Assembly (NCBI RefSeq): GCF_009914755.1
Contig: NC_060931.1
Direction: 5' to 3' (one strand)
DNA from: the human T2T-CHM13v2.0 reference genome, Homo sapiens
Length of the DNA: 64,000 nt
Shown: in pieces, positions 54,171 to 64,000 of the stretch
Position numbering within the stretch: the first letter of the stretch is position 1
Layout of the letters: every line of letters starts with the position of its first letter
The notes under the pieces: model-generated
The model's database searches: none
Seen by the model: the letters and a program-made list of their open reading frames with translations, nothing else
What the model was told of the DNA's origin: nothing
Program-made: the position numbers and the translations under genes

Positions 54171-55893
54171 GCAAACCTTATGGGCAGATTGGAGTTACAA
54201 AAGAATACAGTGTGTGTAGTCAGAAGACTTGATTTCTAGTTTTATCTCTGTCAGTAATTCTTTGTAGTTGTGGTCAAATTATTTATCTTGCCTGAACCTC
54301 CTTCTATATTTAGGAACAATAAAAATGCCTGCCTCAAAGGATTGTTGTCAAGGTTGAATTTCGTAATGTCTGTGGAGTTGCTTTGTAAATTGTAAAGGGC
54401 TGTACCAGTTTTAGTTCTACTATGAGGGATAAATCAATAGAGGTGCAAACCTAAAATATAAATGTCAGATCCAGAGTTTAGTCCCAGAGTAAGGAGGCAG
54501 TGAGTAAAAAATCACTCTAGTTCATGCCAACAGACATGCCAGAATCCATGGAGCTGAACTACTATGGAGGAGGGAAGGAAGGGTCAAAGTGGCAAGTGGT
54601 TTGTAACAAGGACTTCTGAGAGCAATTATTAGGGATCTACTCATTGGGAATCTGAGGCATGAGGCCGTGGGCCACAGGTTGCTCAAAATGAGGTAAGAAA
54701 TCCAAATCAGTAGGTCTGGGGCGGAAGACAAAGACATAAATTCCTGAGGCTTAGAATGCCAAGAGCAGAACAGAAACAAAAGCAAGCCTCCTGTCAAGGC
54801 TAAGCAGGTGAATACACAGCAAGAATTAGCCACAGAATTGGGAGCAGAGCATATTTCAGGAAGTCCTTAATTAATATAAAACACAATTATTTTATAATCA
54901 ATGCTAGCACTTAGTGTGTGGGTCAGGAATTATTTAATAGAAGCTGTTCTTACAGCAACTTACAATGACTAAATCACTTATTCCTCTAACAACCCCGTTA
55001 TCGTTAGCATTTTTCAGATGAAGAAACTCAAACCCAGAAAAGCAAAGTAATTTGCCCAAGCTTACATAACTAGTAAGCAGCAGAGCCAGGACTTGCAGGC
55101 AGTGTCATTGGCCTCAGAGTCCAGCCCCTGTACTGCTATGCTGCAGTTGCCAGCGTTGAGAAGTGGCTAGAAAATGCAGGTCACCCATCCCATCATCCAC
55201 ACTCCCATGGTTTGGGGGTGGTTATTTGTTAACCTCTGTTCTCTCTATCTCTATACTCCTGATACCCTTTTATGCCACTGATCAGTGTATTCGTTATCAC
55301 TGAGTATTACTCCTAACACAAAGGATGGCTTACTTTTCTTATTCTATTGGAATTAGACTTTTCCTCTATTATGGAGGCAGTATGATAGACAAATGTAGGG
55401 TGTACTTCAGGTTCAGAGAAGGTTGGATTTGAGTACTGGTTCTACTCCCTGGTGGCTGTGAACCCTTGGCTTTGTTACTTCAATCCTCTAAGCCCAAGTT
55501 CTGTCATCTGTTGCGATAAGCTAGTGTTGTACATGAGGAGTCTATGCACAGGCTTTGGAACTAGACACTTTGAGTCCTGGCTTGGCCATTTATTAGCTAT
55601 GGGAGTTTGGGCAAATTTGAACTTTTCTGTTTTTCAGTATCCCCATCTATAAAATAGGATAATAGCAATTATACCTCCACCAGAGAGTTGTTGTGAAGAT
55701 TTAATGGAATATTGGCATAATGCCTGAGACATGGTGAGTGCTCAACCAATCTTCTCTACAATTTATTTTTATAGGGTTATGAATTTATAACACAGCTTAT
55801 ATAGGGCTATAATTCTGTGCAGTGGTGAGTACAATGCAAGGCACAGAGCAGGTCTAAACACCATGTGTTATTATTATCTTCTTCTTCCTCTTC

Positions 55894-56722
55894 TTTTTTT
55901 TTTTTTGAGACACAGTCTCACTATGTCACCCAGGCTGTGCAGTGCAGTGGCATGATCACAGCTCACTGTAGCCTCAATGTCCCAGGCTCAAGCAGTCCTC
56001 CTGCCTCAGTCTCCCCAGTAGCTGGGCCCACAGGCATGTCACCGTGCCTGGCTATTTTTTTTTTTTTCAAGTTTTGATGAAAGCTTGTATACAAGATTCC
56101 TTTATTCCTTTATCCAATTGTTTCTTCCTTGTATTTGCCCCTTTCCCTTCCTACTTGCTAAGATTTGGCTTTCCGTTCAAGAATCTTTTTGCAGTCTTTG
56201 TCCAGTTTTAGCCTAGTGCTAACCACCTTGCTGGGGTGAATGCCTATGTGGACAGTTGTGCCATTAGCCTTTTCCTGCTGCACCTGTGCAATGTAGGTGA
56301 CATATTTCTTCCTGTAAACCTGGACTACTTTGCCAATTTGCTGACCTTTGTAGTGCCTGTGTACAACCTGAACTTCATCATCCTTTCGGATGGTCATGGA
56401 TTGAACATTGTACTTCTGTCTCAGCTCTTTGCAAAGAGAGGAAGACCTAATATTTCTGAGAATGTGGGAAAGTGCATTGAAATGCCTTTTGTGGTACTTG
56501 CTTCGATCAGAAGTCACAAAGGGATTGAACTCCACTTTGGCCACTGCCGCTTTGGTGATGGCCACAAAAGGGAAGAGCTATTTTTTTATTTTTTATTTTT
56601 ATGTAGAGACAAGGGTCTCCCTATGTTGCCCAGGCTGGTCTTGAACTCCTGGGCTCAAGTGATCCTCCCGCCTTGACCTCCCAGAGTGTTGAGACTACAG
56701 GCGTGAGCCACCGTGCCCGGCC
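55894..56722 (-). mobile_element. AluJ split in its linker by the RPL26 retrocopy
   Basis: Right arm at 55894-56054 and left arm at 56578-56722. Confidence 0.88.
56055..56577 (-). pseudogene. RPL26P22: Full-length processed pseudogene of ribosomal protein L26
   Basis: The translation resembles RPL26 ([11 protein letters not shown]...KELRQKYNV...[10 protein letters not shown]...GIHPSKVV...ILERKAKS). It is intronless, begins with the 5' TOP CTCTTCCCTTTT, has ATG changed to GTG (56533-56535), a premature TAG (56158-56160), a poly(A) tail and the TSD gctattttttt. The parent gene is certain; the P-number is recalled and unverified. Confidence 0.92.
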
Positions 56723-57584
56723 TATTATCTTCTTATTTATCTTGACACACAGAGCGACAGCAGTCTGCAGTCTGCATTCTTCCCCCTGATGGCCGATCCT
56801 CTGCATCCATCCTCAGGATCAATCTTCAGGGTTATGTCTCTTAAATTAAAAGACTGCTATGTATGCTTGAATCTAAAATTCAATCTTGTTACTGATTCCA
56901 AGATACTTAGAGAAAGTTTCCTAATAGAGCTATTGGCTGCAGGGCAGCATCTGCTCATTCCTTTCTGTTTTCTCATCTGAGGAATCTCTCTGCCCTTTGC
57001 ACTCCATGAGGATTTCCACAGCTGGCCTCATTCCACAGGAAGAGCTTGAGGAGGCACAGTTCTGTTGGACACCTCTCCTTGCTGCTAGCTGGGTGATTCT
57101 TTGTAAGCCCCTCTCCTGAATATTACTACATACCCTACTTCATCCTCAAGCTCTGGGCAAGAAAATACACTTCTTTTTTAGTTGACTGTTAAATTTTTAT
57201 CAAAATTAAAAAATAATTAGGTAAGATTGAAAAGAAGTCATCAGCCCTATCCTGCCATTCCCCACTTCTGACTTCTCAATTTAACTGTTTGAGCTGCATC
57301 TCTGCATTTTATTTAAAAACCAGTCAATCTAGCTAATTTTTTTCAGTTTTATACGTGTATTATTTCTCGTCATTTTACTGTGGAAGAGGAGCATTTGGTT
57401 TTTTTAGACCTCTTCTCTTCAACGCAAATACATACAAGACAAACACACATGTATTTCCTTTCTCCATATAATAATTATATCATAATTTTGGCATACAGCA
57501 ATATTCACTATGTACATGATTATAACTATGTTAACATTAATCATAGCTGAGTCATAGATTATTCTGTTATCACCAATTATTATG

Positions 57585-57877
57585 TTTCCTTTCTTCTTTT
57601 TCTTTTTTTTTCTGGAAACAGCGTCTCACTCTGTTGCCCAGGCTGGAGTGCAGTGGTGTGATCTTGGCTCACTGGGTTCAAACGATTCTCCTGCCTCAGC
57701 CTCCCGAGTAGCTGGAATTACAGGTGCATGCCACCATGCCCAGCTGATTTTTGTACTTTTAGTAGAGACAGGGTTTCACCATGTTGGTCAGGCTGGTCTT
57801 GAACTCCTGACCTCCTGATCCGCCCGCCTCGGCCTCCCAAAATGCTGGGATTACAGGTGTGAGCCACAGCGCCCAGA
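57585..57877 (-). mobile_element. AluS with a small internal deletion
   Basis: Antisense Alu in which ggctcact joins directly to gggttcaa. Confidence 0.9.
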
Positions 57878-59671
57878 CACTCCTCTATGTTTTTTTAAGT
57901 GTGTACTTTCTGTAATTTTTCTTCTCTTTTTGTGTTACTCATGGGAGGTATTCTCTATCTCTCAACATTTTCATTAAAATTTTCATTTCTACTCTCAAAT
58001 TTCTTATTTTAAAGAACATTTTATTCTCTGATGTTCCTTTTTCTTGTATGATGTGATGTTCTATTTATTCTTATTTTATAGGTGCAATATCTTTTCTAAT
58101 TTCTCTGAGGTAATGCATTATGTGTATTTTGCAATATCTTTCTTTCCCGAGATTGCTTTTTGTGTGTTTATTTTTCTAACATTAGAGGTTTTTAAAATGA
58201 CTGGTGCTTCTTAGCTCTTTGTTCACTTTCATAAATGAATCAAGAAACATTATCTAGAAGCACAGCATTCCCAGATGAAGCTTTGATGGGTGGGCTTCAG
58301 CATTTGGGTGGGGCCTCAGCTACTTCACTGTGCCATCTCTAAATACCACGACCCGTAAGTCTCTTCTACTGATGTGTCAGTATACTCAGAAAGAGACCTC
58401 CTAGTCTTTAGCCTGTCAGGTGTAAGCTGGCTGCCAGCATCCTGGGAAACTCATAGAGGACGGGGCCTGGAGTGGGGATACAGAAGGAGTCTTAGTCAAT
58501 GCCCCTGTTTTCATAGGACTCTTGGTCTTGGATACATGTGTCATCCCTGAGTATAGAGTGCTCTAGGTCAACTTTTCCTGGTTCCCGCTAAAGATAGAGT
58601 AACGGTAGCTCATTGACTTCAGGGATCTAACGGCTTCTGTGCAGACATTTTAACCAGCCTTTATTCAGCCTTCTAATCTCGACTGTTTTTGAGTTCCTGA
58701 GGCTTCCTAATAATCTGTAGTATAAATTTGGGCATTAGGGCTACTGCACTTACAGTTTAGGTTTCTGTTTTCCTTGGTCTGCTAAGTTGGTTACCCATCC
58801 ATCTGTTTTGCAAAACAGCATTTTGTTGCTGTCATCTCCAGTCTCTTTTTGATTACTGAGGGTTATGTCTTTTGCAGTTTCTTAGTTATCATTTTAGTGA
58901 GGCTTGGGAAGAAGCAGGTGTAAACTCATATGATAAAGCTCACGGGTAAATGGAAGTTCTTTGGGAGGTACTTCGGCACCATTCTCTGAGGGGCATGTGT
59001 AGGTTTACCAAGAAAAGAAGACAGTTCTTTTCTTCTTTACATACATTTTCCTTCCTGACAGCAGCCAGACTTTTTTTTCCAGGATTTAACTCTTTTTTTT
59101 TTTTTTTTTTAGCTGGATGAAACTGTAACCAGGGGTCCTGCTCTCTCCTATTCAGGTCCTTTTCTCTCTTATGCCAAAGAATCAGTTTGATTATTTCTTC
59201 TTGAGATTTGAATCCTCAGAAGAAGTAAAAACAGGTCTGAAAATATTTGGAATTTATCCATCTCCCATCCACAGCATTCTAACCAGATTCCTTCCTCTAT
59301 TAGGCCATTCCTGGTTTTCTTGCCTTCTAGGTTCCAGAAACTGTCTTGGTTCCTATTGATTTCTAGTTTGGTTCTTCAGGCTTCCAGTCAATTCCATTAA
59401 CTTCTGATAATGTTTCAATGAATGTCTCTTTTGTTTAAGTTAGCCGTAATTGTGTACAACCAAAGAACCACAATTGATGCAGAAACTCAGTAGTTTATTT
59501 GATTTTGAAACAATTTCTTATGTTTTGTAGTTTCAAGGCTGAGAAACAACAACAGAAAAAAAACAAATTTAGGTGTTTTCTTTTTCTGCCAAAGTAATGG
59601 ATTCCTTCATGATATGAATTCATATTTTCATGAAATAACTTTTGTGAAAGAATTAGAGGACTAGGACCCCA

Positions 59672-60110
59672 ATATTAGTAAACTATTGCTGCAAAAAGCT
59701 ATTGTGACAAAAACAATATATCAGTGGCAAGTGATAAGCATTTATTTCTTGCTCATGTATCTGTGGGTGACTGAAGTGGCTCTTCTTCAAGCTGCAGATT
59801 TGCATTGGCTGGAGCTGTTCTGTTCAATGCATTTAATTATGGGTCCAAGCCAGATGGGCAGAAGCTATTCAGGTTATATCCTTATTAAAATAATGGCAAA
59901 AAAGTGATGTAGGGAAAGCCCAACTGCATATGTTAATTTCAAGCCTTTGCTCATGTCTCATCAAATATCGCATTGGCCAAAGCGAGTCACCTAGCCAAAC
60001 TCACAGTGAGAAGACAGGGAACTCCACCTACCATGAGGCCATGTGATGTATGATGACAGATACCATTTCAGGGAAGTGAAGAATTTGGACAAATACTTCA
60101 ATCTACCAGT
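59672..60110 (-). mobile_element. Old MLT1-type LTR
   Basis: ctattgctgc...cagtggc...catttatttcttgctcatg...cattggccaaagc.agtcac. Confidence 0.55.
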
Positions 60111-60581
60111 CTTCCCTATTAATCATGATTATCCACATGCTTATATTCCCTCCAACTTCATCTAATCCTAATATCAGGCCAGAAAGTCCAGGATCTTGTG
60201 ATATAAAGCAAATCTAGATGTGCTTTTCTTTGAGTCAGAGACCTATGAATAATAAAGACAATTTTACTGTTTACACTTAACATACAATTGTGGCGTGAGA
60301 GCACAATAACAGAAATAAACACTTTCATTAGAAAGAGAAAGAGTGGTAGGCATATAGCAGTTACTGCTCAATAGTTGTTCCCAAAGCCTGCTGTACAAAT
60401 ATTTCTGGGTCCTTCTATCCTGGGGCAAGGAATGTTTCATGATTAAGTTTTAGTTATTTTCTTTAGGAGTGGCATCTTAATCTATTATTCTTCAAGCTCT
60501 TGGTTCTGCACACTGGAAGTCCCTTACTTTTCCATCCTTACCCAGCTTCTTAATTCTGGAAGACTGAAGACTCAGAGGTAA

Positions 60582-60604
60582 TTTTTTTTTTTTTTTTTTT
60601 TTTT

Positions 60605-60638
<34 letters not shown>

Positions 60639-63600
60639 CAATAAAGCTTTTTATTTCACCTGGGTGCAGGTGGGCTGAGTCCAAAAAGAGAGTCAGTGAA
60701 GGGAGATAGGGGTGGGGCCGTTTTATAGGATTTGGGAAGTTAATGAAAATTACAGTCAAAGGGGGTTGTTCTCTGTTGGGCAGGGGCGGGTGTCACAAGG
60801 TGCTCAGTGGGGGAGCTTCTGAGCCAGAAGAAGGAAATTCACAGGGTTAATCACTCAGTTAAGGTGGGGCAGGAACAAATCACAATGGTGGAATGTCATC
60901 AGTTAAGGATGGGGCAGGGCCTTTTCACTTCTTTTGTGATTCTTCAGTTACTTCAGGCCATCTGGGCGTATACGTCCAAGTCACAGGGGATGCAATGGCT
61001 TGGCTTGGGCTCAGAGGCCTGACATTCCTGCCTTCTTATATTAATAAGAAAAATAAAAGAAAATAGTGTTGAAGTGCTGGGGCGGCGAAAATTTTTGGGG
61101 GTGGTATGGAGAGAGAATGGGCGATGTTTCTCAGGGCTGCTTCGAGCAGGATTAGGGGCGGCGTGGGAACCTAGAGTGGGAGAGATTAAGCTGGAGGAAG
61201 ATCTTGTGGTAAGGGGTGATATTGTGGGGTTGTTAGAAGGAACATTTGTCATATAGAATGATTGGTGATGGCCTGGATATGGTTTTGCATGAATTGAAAA
61301 ACTAAATGGAATAAGAGAAGGAGAAAAACAGGTATAAAAGGTCTAAGAATTGGGAGGACCTAGGACATCTGATTAGAGAGTGCCTAAGGAGATTCAGCAT
61401 AGTCCTGCCAGCAAAGATTATTTATTTACTTCAAGAGTTTAGAGTGGCAGTTTGGGGATAGCACCAGGAGGTATCAGCTGTGATGGCTTGGAGAAACAGT
61501 AAACCGGCAGTGTAAACAAGAGCGGGGCATGTATGAGTACTTGAGAATAGTGAATAGGAGTATGACTAGAAAAAAGATAGTAGGGATGACAAGTTTTTTT
61601 GGGGCACAGTCTAAGTTGGTCTGGTGTCGAATGAGACTGGGGCCTAATAAAAATGAGTGTCTATACAGGAGCTTAAATGGGCTGTACTTTGTAACATTCT
61701 GAGGACAGGCCTGAATTCTGAGAAGAGAAAGTGGTAAAAGTATTGTTCAGTCCTTTTTAAGTTGGTGGCTGAGCTTGGTGAGGTGTGTTTTTAAAAGACC
61801 TTTAGTCCATTCTACTTTTCCTGAAGACGGAGGACCATAAAGGATATAAAGGTTTCACTGAATACTAAGAGCCTGAAAAACTGCTTGGCTGATTTGACTA
61901 ATAAAGGCTGGTCTGTTATCAGACTGTATAGAGGTGGGAAGGCTAAACTGAGGAATTATGTCTGACAGAAGGGAAGAAATGACTGCGATGGCCTTCTCAG
62001 ACCCTGTAGGAAAGGACTCTATTTATTCAGTGAAAGAGTCTATTTAGACTAAGAGGTATTTTAGTTTCCTGACTCGGGCATGTTGAGTAAAGCTAATTTG
62101 CCAGTCCTGGGTGGGGGCAAATCCTCCAGCTTGATGTGTAGGGAAGGGAGGGGGCCTGAATAATCCCTGAGGAGTAGTAGAATAGCAGATGGAACACTGA
62201 GAAGTTATTTCCTTGAGGATAGATTTCCACGATGGAAAGGAAATGAGAGGTTCTCAGAGGCCGGCTAGTGGCTTGTACTATAGCATAGCCTACCTTTGCT
62301 GGTGTGTGGCGATTAGGCCTGGTGGAACTGCCATCAATAAATCAAGCATGATCAGGGTGAGGAACAGGAAAGAAGGAAATATGGGGAAATAGGGTGAATA
62401 TCAGGTGGATCAGAGAGATACAGTCATGGGGGTCAGGTGTGGTATCAGGAATAATGTGAGAGGCCAGATTGAAGTCCGGGCCAGGAACAATGGTAATTGT
62501 GGGACTTAAAGAGTGAGTACAGCTGAAGGAGCCGGGGAGCAGAAAGTATATGTGTCAAGTATGAGGAAGAAAATAGATTTTGGAAGTTATGAGAAATGTA
62601 GAGAGTGAGTTGAGCATAGTTTGTGATTTTTAGGGCCTCTAACATATTAAAGCAGCGGCAGCCGCCGCACGCAGACATGAAGGCTAGGCTAAAACAGTAA
62701 GGTCGAGTTGTTTGGACAGAAAGGCTACAGGGTGCGGTCCTGGCTCTTGTGTAAGAATTCTGACCGCACTAACCATGCCTAGGAAGGAAAGGAGTTGTTG
62801 TTTTGTAGAAGGTGCTGGGGTTTGAGAGATCAGTCGGACACGATTGGCAGGGAGAGCACGTGTGTTTTTATGAGAATTATGCCGAGATAGGTAACAGATG
62901 AGGAAGAAATTTGGGCTTGATTGAAGTAATGGGGGCTGTCCGTGAAGCTTTGTGGCAGTACAGCCTAGGTAATTTGCTGAGCTTGATGGGTGTGAGGGTC
63001 AGTCCAAGTGAAAGCGAAGAGAGGCTGGGATGACGGGTGCAAAGGAATAGTAAAGAAAGCATGTTTGAGATCCAGAACAGAATAATGGGTTGTAGAGGCA
63101 AGTATTGAGGATAGGAGAGTATATGGGTTTGGCACCACGGGGTGGATAGGCAAAACAATTTGGTTGATAAGGTGCAGATCCTGAACTAACTTGTAAGGCT
63201 TATCTGGTTTTAGGACAGGTAAAATGGGGGAATTGTAAGGAGAGTTTATAGGCTTTAAAAGGCCATGCTGCAGCAAGCGAGTGATAACAGGCTTTAATCT
63301 TTTTAAAGCGTGTTGCGGGATGGGATCTTTGCGTTGAGTGGGGTAAGGGTGATTAGGTTTTAATGAGATGGTAAGGGGTGCATGATCGGTTGCCAAGGAG
63401 GGAGTAGAGGTATCTTATACTTGTGGGTTAAGGTGGGGGTATACAAGAGGAGGACGAAAAGGAGGCTTTGGATTGGGAAGAAGGGCGGCAACGAGATATA
63501 GCTGTAGTCTAGGAATAGTCAGGGAAGCAGACAATTTAGTTAAAGTGTCTCAGCCTAATAAGGGAACTGGGCAGGTGGGGATAACTAAAAAGGAGTGCTT

Positions 63601-64000
63601 AAAAGAGTATTGTCTAAGTTGGCACCAGAGTTGGGGAGTTTTAAGAGGTTTAGAAGCCTGGCCGTCAATACCCACAACAGTTATGGAGGCAAGGGAAACA
63701 GGCCCTTGAAAAGAAGGTAATGTGGAGTGGGTAGCCTCAGTATTGATTAAGAAGGGGACGGGCTTACCTTCCACTGTGAGAGTTACCCGAAGCTCGGCGT
63801 CCGTGATGGTCTAGGGGGCTTCCGAGGCAATTGGGCAGTGTCAGTCTTCAGCTGCTAAGCCGAGAAGATCTGGGAAGGAGTCAGTCAGAGAGCCTTGGGC
63901 CAGAGTTCCAGGGGCTCTGGGAGTGGCTGCCAGGTGAGTTGAACAGTCCGATTTTCAGTGGGGTCCCACACAGACGGGACGCGGCTTAGGAGGAATCCCG
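60582..64000 (-). mobile_element. HERV-H endogenous retrovirus, 3' portion (degenerate pro/pol, 3' LTR7), continuing beyond the window
   Basis: RT remnant at 62965-63396 (SPYNSPILPVLKPDKPYKLVQDL...VLDLKHAFFTIPL...FAFTWTDP) and protease remnant at 63550-63774 (FLINTEATHS). The polypurine tract taagaaggcaggaa (61025-61038) is followed by the LTR start TGTCAGGCCTCTGAGCCCAAG. Confidence 0.93.
60631..61024 (-). mobile_element. LTR7 (HERV-H 3' LTR), U3-R only
   Basis: Matches the recalled LTR7 consensus, including TATAAAA and AATAAA (60650-60655). It ends at GCTCACACA. Confidence 0.9.

Noticed and set aside
62877-63774. HERV-H pro/pol ORFs as functional genes
   Set aside because: They are fragmented by stops and deletions, the protease catalytic DTGA reads NTEA, and the RT ORF ends before the catalytic YxDD.

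Overview
This is human (hominid) genomic DNA, recognisable as the 7q35 chemoreceptor interval. It holds an intact single-exon bitter taste receptor TAS2R41 (+) and an olfactory receptor pseudogene broken by one frameshift (OR2R1P-like, -). There is also an unusually GC/CpG-rich olfactory receptor with an intact 325-aa ORF (OR10AC1, -), a full-length RPL26 processed pseudogene inserted inside an Alu, and the 3' part of a HERV-H element running off the right edge. The rest is mostly interspersed repeats (Alu, L1, L2, MIR, MaLR/ERVL LTRs, MER5). I see no new protein-coding system. The most unusual signals are structural: (i) two independent ~170-190 bp local inverted duplications, each copy landing inside an old LTR 1-1.4 kb downstream of its apparent donor; (ii) a HERV-H whose 3' LTR lacks U5 and ends in (CA)n plus poly(A), suggesting an L1-made retrocopy; (iii) a near-perfect 24-bp-arm hairpin inside an L2; (iv) a tailless internal fragment of a young L1; (v) a 37-bp hairpin-bearing minisatellite. 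Repeat subfamily names, repeat boundaries and pseudogene symbols come from recalled consensus sequences and gene order and are approximate.
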